Origin: Lama glama
Taxonomy: Eukaryota
DNA: 64,000 nt
Assembly (NCBI GenBank): GCA_028534125.1
Contig: CM052816.1
Span: 26,724,001-26,788,000 of the forward strand
Direction of reading: 5' to 3'
Positions 1 to 11,854 of the stretch are shown here, piece after piece (position 1 is the first letter of the stretch; each line of letters starts with the position of its first letter). Made by a program: the position numbers and the translations under genes. Below the pieces are notes generated by a model, which saw only the letters and a list, made by a program, of their open reading frames with translations, made no database searches and was not told the DNA's origin.

Positions 1-1493
1 AAAAGAGGCACTATTTGGTAACATAAATATGCCTAACTTTTTTTTTCTCCATTCAAGAACCCTATCTCCAAAGACTAAAAATGTGTAATTGTTTTCAATA
101 ATGGAAATGTAACCTGGAAGCCTGGGCACAGTGCACCAGGTTATATCTGTAGGGTATGTAGCCATGGCTCATCTTGGGCTGCTGGGCTATGAGCTCACAG
201 ACTTAGCTCCTCCCCCATCAAAGGCAGCTGTGCAGACACAGGTCTTAGCACGCCACTGCCAATAATCACGTAAGTGTTCCAGAGACCAAGTCTGTTTTTC
301 ACAACACTGTAATCTCCAGGGCCTAACATAGTACTGGCCAGAGTGGGTGTTTAGCAAAAATCTGAGTGGATTATCGACTCCCATAAGTTAAATTAGTGAG
401 TATGAGGCAGTGTGTGGTAAAAATGACCATCTTGCAGGTGACTGAGCCAAATGTGGGGGTCAAGGTGCTGCAGAAATGACCCATTAAGGGAACTCTAAGG
501 TCCCTGCCAACTTGGCCCCTGGCATTTTAAAAAGTTTGTTTTCTGGCTAATCCCACTCCATTACATGGCCTCACTCAGATTTACACACTACTTAAGAGTA
601 AGACTTCTGGCACCTTATTTTCATCAACAACTCTCCATAGGTGGGAGGTATCTAAAACTGGTAGGGAGGTGACCTACATTAAGGGTCTGTCTCTTCAGAA
701 GTGGGCCTCAGTAATCCAACATAAAGCTCTGAAAAAAACCTCAGGTTAATATTTTTCAAATACATGGTTGATTTTTAAGTCATAGTGTCAGGTAAAATTG
801 TACCATTGAAGTATTATCAATTGAGTTACACCGAAGTGCTCAGAGTTTCCCTATGTTATGATTTCCTATCTTGTTGGGAACTGCATAAATGTACTTTGTC
901 AAAGAAGCAGAATTTGTGATTTCTGATTCATAATACAATTTGCTTTACTTTGGGCACTTGGAAAGTTGTGAAACATATTACCGTTTCTCATATTGAGCGT
1001 TTAGCAAACTGTTTTTATCTAAGAAAATGAGCTTGACTCTCCTTTCTCCCGTTTATGCTTATGTTCCTTCTTGCCCAGTGTGCAAAAACAAACAACACAC
1101 TGGAAGAGTTTAAAATAAGCTACAAAGTTCACATAGCTCACACCTTAACGCCCCACCTCCTCTGCTCTATCTCCTCCAGGTTATTTCCTCTTTTTCTCAA
1201 AAGCAACAGCCAAGTCCATCACAGCTGGTAAAGAAGCTTATGGTGATTCTATTTTCAGAACCCTGTAGGCCCTGTCTTCTTGGCTGGGTTGCCTAGTGCC
1301 AGGTCTGGCCCTGCACCTCCTTCCTGCAACTGCTGCTAACACCAGGCATTTGCATGACCAGAGAAATCCAGTCTCCACTACCGTTTGGGGAACGAGGGAG
1401 ACTCTTCCCAAAGCTGCCACCCGCCAAGGGCCAGGCTCTTTGCCGGCCAAAGCTCCGGCTGGACGGCAAAGTGCCGAGTGGCGAGCGACTTAC

Positions 1494-1801
1494 CTCCCAG
1501 AGATGCTGCGTGTTCCTCACGGCGCCGGCTTGCACCTTCTCCGGGGGCAGCAGTACGCCCTGGAAGGGGCCAATCCAGGTGCCCTGCTGGATCCTCTGCG
1601 CCGCGCAGATGCCGTAGGCCAGGCCAGGCACGGTGCTGGTGCACAGGCACACCTCCCGCGGCAGGTCCCGCAGCCACTCGGGCAGCTCTGGCGGGGGTGC
1701 GGCGGCCGCGGCGCTGCTGGTGCCCACGAGCCGGCGCAGCGAGTGCAGCGGCCCGTGCATGGGGCACTCGCCGTTGCGGTTGTCCGCACACATGTCGCAA
1801 C
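1494..1801 (-). CDS. PRDM6: PRDM6 exon 3 (second coding exon): PR zinc knuckle and N-terminal part of PR/SET domain
   Basis: Translates (R)[26 protein letters not shown]...[57 protein letters not shown], matching recalled PRDM6. C-x2-C-x7-C-x2-H knuckle. Acceptor tcttggcag|GTTGC, donor GAG|gtaagt. 308 nt, phase joins exon 2 (C+GT = Arg). Confidence 0.97.
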
Positions 1802-2404
1802 CTGCCAAGACACGCGAGAGGGAAGGGGGAAGGGAGAGGGTTAACCAGGCCGCTTCTGGAGGCCATACTCTGGTAAACCCCGAGACAACAGGATGCCCGC
1901 CCGCGTAAGCCACCTGACAAGGAGGTGACGCCGCGAGGGCGCCGAGGCCACTGGGAACACAGGAGCAGATGATCCAGCGCGCTTCCTTGTAATCCGCTGT
2001 ACCCAAATACTCCTGGTACGGGATCAAGGTCCCCGGCATCCCTAAAGGCCTTCCAAGCTGGGTGGGGCTGGCGTCGTTTCCAAGGAACCGACGGCTCGCG
2101 GCTTCTGTAGGTCTCTGGGCCTTTCTCTCCCTATCCCCTTCTGTCTCTAGCTGCCTCCTACCCTCTCCCCTGTTCGCGTGGGTTCTCTCTCTCAATGAGG
2201 TTTCGAAGTGTGTTTATCATGGTACTAAGAATAAGCGGTGTGGTGGTCCGTCATTTGACCAGTCTGATACCTCGGAGAGATTCTACCTTGGTCGCCTGGG
2301 TGTGTTTGGTTTTCCTTTCTTTTCAATTACAGAAGACTCTTACAATCACCACAGCAGGTGGGCGACCCTTCCAGCCCCGGACGCCATCTTCATTCCTAAA
2401 ATCA

Positions 2405-2494
2405 CGCGAGAGGTTGGAGCCGGCTTTGGCCCCACGAGTGTGGGCGGAGCCGGCTTTGGCCCCAGGCGAGTGGGCGGGGCCGGCTTTAGCCCCA
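2405..2494 (+). repeat. GC-rich minisatellite, 3 x 30 bp
   Basis: Units 2405-2434, 2435-2464, 2465-2494 share the core GG[A/G]GCCGGCTTT[G/A]GCCCCA. Confidence 0.9.
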
Positions 2495-3849
2495 CAGGGC
2501 CCCAGTCCTAGACCCCGGCTGCCCAGGGCACACTGGTGCTGGGGTCCCTCGAGCGCCTGCTCCAGCCAGGTGGGACGGGTGTGGAAAGGGGAGCTGTTCT
2601 GGCCGGTTTGGGGTGCCCTGTGCTTGCGTGCAGACTCTTCCCAGAAGCCCCCCTCAAAAAAAACGAATAGCAAATTTAATGATCAGATAATGGGTCTTTA
2701 AGGATCAAGATAAAGGTTCAATGGAAAGGGCCCCAACTCCGGCCCAGGAGGTTGATTCTCGAAGTAAATGCATCTGTTTTGCATTATAAACTAAGTGAGA
2801 GTTGTAGTGAAGCCTGCTGTCTCCTAAGTTCCTCAGAGCAGCCGGCGCACGAGGGGACCCCCCACCCTCTGCAGAGGACGGCCATGGACTCCCAGTGTCC
2901 GTCGACTCAAGCTGTGCAGGAACAGGCCAGGCAGACGCGGAAACCAGGCCTGCGGCGACCACGCTGTCGGATCGCAGCGCCCTCCGGGTTATTAATGGGC
3001 CTGGCGGAGCCGCCGTGTCTGCGCCCTGGCCCTGCGGACCTGCCTCTGAGAGGCGGCCTCGGCGCCCGCCGGAGAGACAGGCCTCCTTGGCCCAGAGTCC
3101 CTGGGGAGCCGCGGCGCCCCTGCGCAACAGAGCCCTGTGGCAGGGGGCTCATATCGCGAGAGTCTCGACCGGCGGAGACGGCAAGAGCTGGAAACCAGCA
3201 GACGAGCCAACGCTGGGCAGTAGGTTGCCCTTGGGGCCTTTGGGCAGCTGCGCCCAACTTCGGTCACAGCCAGTCCTGATGGATTGTCCTGGGTGTGCCC
3301 TATCCGTGCTGGAAAAACTGAAATGCCCAAAGAACTTGTGACAGAGTGAGTCATTGAGGAACCTTCGAAGAATACCTAATCGCAACCCAGGATGGTGAGC
3401 GAGTCCCCGTTTTGTCATTTGCTTCACAACAAGTTGAAGGCTGATTCTGTGAGCATCCTATCTCAGTGGAGAAGGGCTCCAGTCTACTGTGCGGTCAGTT
3501 ATTCCTGCACTTCTCCCAAAAGAGCCCCAGGAATGAGGGGATCTTTGACTACAGCTTCTTGAAGGTGTCTCAAGTGAAAAGCAACAGCCTGCTTCTGCAG
3601 GTGGTGAAGTCCACGCCTCTGGACCTCCTTCACACAAAGGCCGCCTCTTTCAGCAATACAAACGAATGTCCAAACTGTGCCAAGTTTTTGACCCTAACAC
3701 CTAGATGGAAGGAAGTATTCTCACCCTTATCCATATGTCAATCCCTCCAGAACACATACACTTCACACACCCTCTGGAGCTTCTGACTGTGAAAACAAAA
3801 ACTTGAAGACAAAGGGGAGATGGAAAGGAAGACAATAAAAAGTCACAAT

Positions 3850-4034
3850 TACCAAGAGCCTACTCTGTGCTAGTCACCTATCTTGAACCTAACAACCACT
3901 GTGTTATCTAAATATCATGTTTCCCATTTTGCAGATGAGGCAATTGAGGCTTCATGAGCAATGTAATTTGATCAAGGACCAGAAATAAAAAAGTGGCCAA
4001 GAAAGACAATCAGGTCTGCCTGACTCCAAAGCCT
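3850..4034 (-). mobile_element. MIR SINE
   Basis: MIR core cccattttgcagatgaggcaattgaggc ... caggtctgcctgactccaaagcc. Confidence 0.8.
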
Positions 4035-5629
4035 CCAAAGCTAGAGATCTAGGAAGATTAATGAAAGCTGGGAGAATTTTATAGCCAAACTGAAAACTCC
4101 ATCAGTAGAATTGAAATATTTCACTGAAGTCACCATTTTGGGGCCGCAAAAATTGCTGTAGCATGATTGAATTACAGAGATTTCTCCATCTCTTTCCCAC
4201 ACTCTTGGGTTTCAGGAGGTTAAAGTAAAAGGATGATTTGGAAAGTAAATAGATAATGTCCATAATTTTGAATTTTAGTGCCTGACTTCAGAAATGGCCT
4301 TTCAGCACCTCAGCAAAAATAGCTTAAAACAAATGACAATAAGCAAAGGCAAAATGCCCATAAAAATAAAAATAAATCACCCCAGGGAGTTGATTAACGG
4401 ACTTTCCCTTTCTGGTTGGCTCAAGGAAACAAAGGGTGAGAAGAGCGTTTGGTATTCACTCCCTAACAGTCCATACCAGAGATTCTGTCAACTTAACAAG
4501 ATCTCCACAACTTGTAACAACATACCAACTACATCAGCAATAAAATAAGGAGCAAAGGTGCCAACTCCAGCCACCACCCAAAAAGACAACAAGCACACTC
4601 TTGATATTTGTTATGCATGACAGAGTATGGCTAGTCTGTTTTCTAAGTCCTTTGAAGCACTTCTACAACTTATTAAATTTCATTTGTCTCCATGTTGAAA
4701 CACTTAATAGTGGCATTCTGCAGACTAAAAAGCTGAGGCTCTCCCAATATAGTAAAAGAATACCTGCAGGGTAGGCAAGGCCAGTCCACTTGCATTAGTC
4801 CATCCAACACAAGTCTTCTTAACTTATAAACAACTTCATGCTATTTCAAAATATTCTACCTGAAAAGCTGACCAATGACATAAAAATACATATTATATCC
4901 TAATGTTATTGTTAATGTTAATACACAAAACTTCTGCCACTGAAAATACTTGGCTTCTGACTTACGTCTCAGAGTCCCAAAGTAGCTTGAGGATGGTTCA
5001 AAACAAGTAACTGATTACTGGGGTTGACCAATGTGGCACAAGGGTACAAACATTCAAGCCGAGTGTTTTCTAGACAGCGAGCCACAAACACCTGCATGAA
5101 AAAGCCTGAGGGAGAAGTGGGCTAAATGCCCAAACTACAAATTAAGTGTTCCTACTTTCTCTTAAAATCAGGGTAAATTCTTACACAAGTTCATAATTAC
5201 TATTCATAAAGAGTCATCTATACTTGTGAGAGAGATCATCTTCTCTAAGCAAGATATTTTGAAATACCATTTTAGCATTAAGGAATATGAGAGATTACGG
5301 TCTCTTTTCTATCTTGAATAGATCTGTTAACGCTCCTGTTTATGGGTCCCGGAATGAGGGGAGGGAGGTATCATTAAGTTATAGATTTGTTCACCTGACT
5401 TTTGGAAGGCCAGGCCAAGTGGAGTGAAGAGCTGATTTGCACTCTTCACTTCTTACCCGTCTGTATTGTTTGAATGTTTTTATAAGGGCACGTGCTACTT
5501 GTGTAATTGAAAACGGATCTACTTTAAGGTAAAAGGGGCAAGGCAGGCCAGAGGTCTCTGGTATCTCATTTCTCGTTCTAGGAAAGGTGAAATATAAAAC
5601 GTTGAAGGGTTCTTTTGGTGCCTGGAGAC

Positions 5630-7740
5630 AAGGACAGGCTGGCGTGGGCGCAGGAGTCCGGACCCGCGGGAAGCGCCTGTCATGCTGGGCCTTCGCTCCC
5701 CAAAGTCTTGTCACCACCTTCGCCTGCCCTTACGCGTCCCTCAGAAAGAGAACCGAGGAACAGCTGAAAAGCCTGGCTCCCCGCCTGGGCGGCGGTGACC
5801 GCTGGGCTATAAATCCTCTGTGACTGCCACCGAGGTCGCGGCCCTCTGTCCCGCAGGCCGAACCCGGAGGGGCCGGCGCCCATCGATCCCTGCCCGGTGA
5901 CGGCGACGCGGCCCCTGGATTGCCGCCTGCTGGCAGCGCCGCGTGCGCGGGGGCGTGGGCACCGGGCTTCGGGGTCGCCGAGGGGACTGGCCGACGCGCC
6001 GAGGGCAGGCGGAGAGCGGTGGCCGGGACCTCCCGCACCAGGGCCCTCCCCCACTCCAGCCCGCGCTCTTCCCTTGGCCCTCCACGCGCCTTAGCCATTG
6101 GCTGGAAGCGGTGGCCGTGGACCGTGCGGGGGGTGGGCGCAGCACTTAATCTTTAAGGGCCTCGTTCCCTTCCTGCCAGCGAAGACCTCTCTTAGGAGAC
6201 CAGACGTGATCGCTGCCACCTGCACTCTGGAGCCCCCACCAGCCTCCCGGCCCTCTTCTTCCACCAGAAAGGGGTCTTCCAGGCTCCCGGGAGCGGATCT
6301 AGAGGCAGGTCAAGAGGCGTGGCAGGTTAGCCAAGCTGCCAAGAAGGGGAGCCAACTGTGGTCTCGCCCTCCGAGAGGCGGCCCAGCTTCCGCAGAACCT
6401 TCTGAAGGACTCTCTCCTGGAAAGTTTAGAGCTCCCCACGAATATCAGACGCTCTGGGCTTTCTCGTCTCGGCTCGGCCGCTGGCTTGGCCCTGGGACCA
6501 AGAGGGAGAGAGAAAAGGAGGAGGAAAAGATAGAGGGAGGAAATGTGGATTTTATTTGTCTCCCTATGACTGTGTTAATAAATTAAACGGGAGCGCCAGT
6601 GTGTGAGGGTGAGAGAATATTGCGCAGAGATAAACCTCGCCGGCCTCTGCCCCTGCGAGGCCGCCATATACAATACGGAGATGATGAATAGGACGCGCGA
6701 AAGGAGATCGAAGAGGGTCTGGGCTGGCTCCACTCGCTCCTACAAAACTATAGGGCAATTAATTGTGGCTTGTCCCCTCATCCTTCATCTCCTGGTGGCA
6801 CATATCGATGGAGATTACTGCTGATGGACCATTTTATCACCTTAAATAAACAGTCGCCACCTCTTCTAACCTCAATCTAATATATGGCTCTATGTTCGGT
6901 TTCAGGGCGCTAGATAACGAATGATGTAAAATAGCTAAATCATGTGTGTTCCGGGCTGGGGCCGGGCCTGCACACAAAAAGAGAGAAAAGAGAAAAAGAA
7001 AAATAGAACAACACAAAAACCCACACACTGACGCCAAGCCTCCCTCCCACAGGGGACGAAATCTGAAATCTAACTTGCTGGCTGGCCACTTACAGCGGGG
7101 ACGCTGGGCGGGCGTAGCGTATCGAGTGTGCCTCGGTGACAGGAAGATCCCACTGGTGGGTTAGCGGGCTCGGGAGCTTCCCAAACAGGACCTGCGTTTT
7201 CAAACTGGGTGGGACGGGATTAGGGAAGGTCAGATAATACTCACTCTCCTTATATCTCGTCCCCTGACCCCTCAACCAATCAAACCCCAGAATTCCTTTT
7301 CTCCCCAGTACCTTTCCCCAAACCTTTGGAAAGGGGGGGCAGTATCAACAGGGGAACTTCGGGCCCAGCTCCTACACCTATGCACACGCCAGCGCTGTTC
7401 CCAGTGCAGTTCCCTGCGCGGCAGGGCTCCCAGAAATCTGGAGGAGATAGAGACACCTCGCTGGGGAAGCTCCCGAGTGCCCTGACTCGATTCTCGGCAG
7501 AGAGACCCCGGAGGGCTTAGTCCCTTCCTCTCTCCCAGGTACGAGGGAAGAACAGTTTTACAAGAAGATATGAAAAGGTAATTTGGCTCGGCCGTCTCCA
7601 TACAAACACAAGCACCCGGCGCGCCCTTTTGTCGCTGCTCACTACCTTCCAAGAGTAGTGACAGGGTCTCAAGCAACGCATCGGGTCCCGGACCGCGAGA
7701 AAAGACCACTGCAACGGAGCCTGACAGAATCGATGGCTTC
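5630..7740. promoter_or_regulatory. Intronic CpG island(s) in PRDM6 intron 2
   Basis: CpG-rich with no coding exon and no recognisable repeats; contains GC boxes, TATA-like and CCAAT motifs. Confidence 0.7.
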
Positions 7741-10700
7741 AGGCAATCCAGCAGCAATTGAAAGCAGTAATACCAGAAGAGGAAGAAAGGTCCCCATCCC
7801 CCATTTATATTACACAAGCCCCACCGGACTTTAAAAGAGATGAAAAGAGAGCCAACTAAGCATTCAGAGCTTCAAGTGGAAAGTGTACTTCAATTACAGA
7901 ATAAATTCATATATGGAGTTTGGTACATACTGGAAGAGCTCACCCGGGCTAGCCTGTATAGTTTCTGCTGTTTTTAAAAATCTTTTTGTGTGAAAGAAAG
8001 CTACAAGACCCTTCACTATGCCTTCACTATAGCATTTGCCATAGATGCCAATAAAGTTTCAAGGTGAAATTAGTGGTACTGATTCACAAGTGTTACTAGG
8101 TTGCTGATCCCAGTCAAAAAAAAAAAGTTACTTTTCTGAAGGGAAAAGAGAAGTACAAAGTCCTTTTTCCTTGCCTTATAAGAAAAAGAGCAAATGACTC
8201 AATACCCTTTAAAATACAAAGTCATAAAAATAAAACAACACTGAGTGGTCACATCACAGAATTCTTTTAGAGGGAGAAGGCAACCGACTAAAAGGAAAAC
8301 TAGGAAGATCTGCACATGATAAACTAATAGGTGCTTTCCTTCTGCCTGCCTCTCACCGCATCCCCCACCCACATACAACCTGGGAATGGGGAGAAGCTGT
8401 TTTTCACCATCTTTCAAGTGACATATCAACTTCCCCTGCCAAGGGAAAAAGTTTCCCACCCTTTGCACTTCTGATTTGTTTTGATCCCCAAGTTGGATTC
8501 AACTCAACCACTTCTCACTTCATCTTTGTAAAACATATCTCATGGTTCAAATGAGTGCCTACTCTTGTCCGGAGAAGCTCCTGGAAGAATGGCAGACCTG
8601 GGCTCCCAGCATTACACACAGAGCCAGCTCAGCTTTCTCTTTTCTTTCTCAATTGCCCTTTGATTAGAGAGCAACGTGAAGTGTAACTCTAATAGGGCAA
8701 TCTGACTTCCTTTCCCTCTGTCTTTGCCCCTGCACTTTGCACACTGAAGCAGCCCAGTCGACTCTAAAAGATACCAGAAGATTAACACAATAGGAATAAT
8801 TTAAATAAATCATAATTCATTTCCTCCAGCCAGGAAAAAGAGGTACCCAGGCAAAAAACTGGTTCAATAGCCACATGTTAATTAGGAATCTGGCCCAATT
8901 CTTTCTCTGATTAGGCTGAGTTTTCTCTGATGAAAACATATTCAATCTCAAGACTGCATTGTAAACAGTATAGGGAGCTCAGCGCACAGCCAGGGCTTTG
9001 GGGTGCACTGCCCGTATGTTTCCCAGCACTGATTTAATTCAGAAGAGAAACTGCAAGCTTCTCTCAGCCCACAGGACTATATTTTGCTTTTCGGTAAGAA
9101 ATACCGTTTACAAAGCATTTCTTATCTTTTTATTTCACATTTTAAAGAACTGTTTTGATAACATAATTAAGAAATTCAGTAGGAGCTAAGTATTTTTTGA
9201 CATCCACTAAGACAATAAAGTTTTATAAAATTTTCTGTAACTCTAAAATACAACAATCTTCTTAACTGCAGAGCAAATTTGAGCCAAAACCCTCATTTTA
9301 AACCAATACTTTATCCAGAGACTCTAGAAAGGAAAAAAGTAAATACAACTGCTCTTTTTATTAGTAATAACTATCTCCATCAGAACAATGATCTCCAACC
9401 ATTATGAAAAGATTAATACACCTCAATCACTAGGCTTGTGCCCAGTGTTTTCAATCAAAATGATAACTTTGGGAGTCCTTTAAATAACTACAACCTGCAG
9501 TTATTTTGCTTTCACAACGAATTAAGAAGTTCACGGATTGGTAGGCATTCTGCAATAAGGGACTTGTTCAAAATCGAATGATCATACACATTTATGATCA
9601 ACTTTCCTCATACAGAAGCTAGATGAAGGACTAAGATGAAGAGAAGAGCAGAGTGAGTGCTGATTTTTCAAATCCTGTATTGCTTTGAGTCTGAGTCTCA
9701 ACTCACTTTAACGTTCTCTCCAGGAGTCTCTGGAAGCGTATTTAGCACTTACCCCAACACACTAAGTGTAAACATAGCATAACGTCTGAAATTACCATAA
9801 AGAATTGGATATAAAAAATAATACATTCTTGATCTTCATTTAGAGTTTTGTTTCAAAACCTCAAAATGGAACTACACTTGTGATGAGAGTTTGAAATTGT
9901 GAAAATAGAAACGGAAGCTAGAAGAGAACTGATGTTTAATTAGGCATTTGCCATTTACGTGTGGACAAGGAAGGTGAGCTCCTCATACTAAATTACTGTA
10001 ACCCTCACTTTAAAAAATACGTAAGCCAACAAGCGTGGCTACGGACTGTAAGCGTTTGCAGGGTCAAGGGTGCACGAAGAATGCGGGATCCGCAGGGAAC
10101 GACCCTGCCCTGAATTCGGAAATGTTTTCTCACTAAGCAACTGGGATTTTTCTTTTTCTTTTCTAAATAAATAGTAAACCTGAGAATAATGCCTGTCTGC
10201 AGGGAGAGACTGACCGTGTTATCCAAAACTCCGACTTCAACGAAGCCTGGCTAGCCAGCTGCTCTCGGCCGGTCCCCCGACAACCCAGCGGCCCGAAAAT
10301 GAGCTGACGCAGTTAACCCCAAAGGTAAGATAGCGAGAAGGAGAAACCAGCCCTGGAATCCACGCTCTCCAGAACCGCTGAGAGTGCTTGCTTTGTCCCC
10401 GCCTAAGCCGGGCCGGTCCCCGGCACTCCCATCGCGCGCTGCTAGTACCCGCCCTGCCGAGGCGCGATATCCAGCGGGAGAGAATGATCTGTACGCCCCG
10501 GTCGGAGAGCAACTAGAGTCTTAAGAGACTTGAGCCTGGGAAGCAGGGGATGAAAGAAAGGGGAAGAGGTAACGCAGAGGTGCCACCCGGCCATCCTAAC
10601 CGTTCTCTTTCCCTTCCTAACCGAGAAAACTTTGGCTACAGTCGTCTGGGAGGTGCAGGCCTTCGGCCAGGACAGCCCACCACCCGCTGTCTCCCTCAGC

Positions 10701-10779
10701 CAACCCGCCTCCCCGACGGGCTCCCGCGCTCGACGGAGCCAGCGCCCCGGGAGAGAGCGCGCGGGCTGCTACTACGTAC

Positions 10780-11353
10780 GGTTGTTGGGGTCGCTGGTGT
10801 GCTGGTTGAGCGGGATGATCTCCATGCGCTGCTGGCCGTACAGGTAATAGTCCAGCTCCTCCGCGCTGCAGCGGAAGCGCGGGGCGCCCCGACCATCCCC
10901 GCCGCCGCCGCCGCCGCCGCCGCATTTGGAAGGCCCGGGGCCCGAGGCGGCACCGAGGCACAGGTCCTTAGAGGAAAGCGGCTCCGCGGCGACGGCCAGA
11001 GGCGCGAACACCGGCAGTTGCGCCACGGGCAGGGCCGAGAGACCCGCCAGCGCGGCGGCGGCGGCGGCAGCGGCGCAGGAGGCAGAGGCGGCCGAGGTGG
11101 AGGAGGAAGCCGGAGTGGAGGAGGCAGAGGAGAGCGAGGCGGGCCGCGGGCGCAGGCTGTCCGGCGGGGGCTCAGCGCGTTCCGGGGGCGGTGGCGGCGG
11201 CTGGAGGGGCTGCGGCGCGCCTAAGGGGCCCGCGGCGCCGCCGCCCTTGAGCGAACCGCCGCCGCCGTGCGGGAAGAGTTGCTGCCAGTGCTGCAGATAA
11301 GCCGGGTCCACTTTGAGGAAGGCCGAGCCGCCGGGGTCTCCGGGCTTCAGCAT
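10780..11353 (-). CDS. PRDM6: PRDM6 exon 2 coding portion (first coding exon; Pro/Ala/Ser/Gly-rich N-terminus). The exon begins at 11368 with 15 nt of UTR
   Basis: [29 protein letters not shown]...[27 protein letters not shown]. Acceptor ctctgccccCAG|CTTGAG at 11369/11368, donor AACC|gtacgt at 10780/10779. 574 coding nt (phase 1). Confidence 0.97.
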
Positions 11354-11854
11354 GTCCGACGCCTCAAGCTGGGGGCAGAGGGCGGAGAGGAGGGCGCGCG
11401 TGAGCCGGGGTGAGGGCCTGGTACGAGAGGGGAGGGAAGGACGGTCGCCAAGACCCTGGAACAAGAGTTTGAGTTCCTGGCTCCGCCGGCGGCAGCCCGG
11501 TTCGGCGACTCCCTCCCAACTCTGCTGGGGCGTAAAGTTTACTCTGAATCCGCGGCGCCGCACGAGGGGAGCTGTGTGCACAATGCCTTGCTCCCAGAGC
11601 AAGGCTTCCAGCGCCCACTCGGCATTGTGGAAGCCCGGCCAGAGGGCGCTTCCTCGCTGAGCTCGGGGGCAGGACGCAGCCCCCGCCCTCTGCCCGCGCC
11701 CGGAGCCGACCCGAGCCAGAGTGGCGCAGCGCCTGAGCCGCGCCGGCCTCCGGCGCCAGGAGGCGGGACAGTCTCGCCCCCCGCCCCCAGCCAGGGACCT
11801 CCAGCCTCCTATCCCCGGGCCCAAGACCCACAACCCTAGACGAGTCACGCTTAC

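Larger units (their letters stand above)
1380..3330. promoter_or_regulatory. Intragenic CpG island over PRDM6 exon 3 and the adjacent end of intron 2
   Basis: CpG-dense GC-rich stretch extending about 1.5 kb into the intron beyond the coding exon. Confidence 0.75.

Noticed and set aside
2405..2494. Regularly spaced 30-bp repeats resembling a CRISPR array
   Set aside because: Eukaryotic intron; the intervening segments are short and similar to each other; no cas genes; it is a minisatellite
1238..3427. Many overlapping 100-300 aa ORFs on both strands
   Set aside because: Arg/Gly/Pro/Ala-rich products typical of stop-poor GC-rich DNA; only 1494-1801 has splice sites and recognisable protein
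10550..11839. Plus-strand ORFs (224, 124, 115 aa) antisense to PRDM6 exon 2
   Set aside because: Shadow ORFs of a GC-rich coding exon with no recognisable domain
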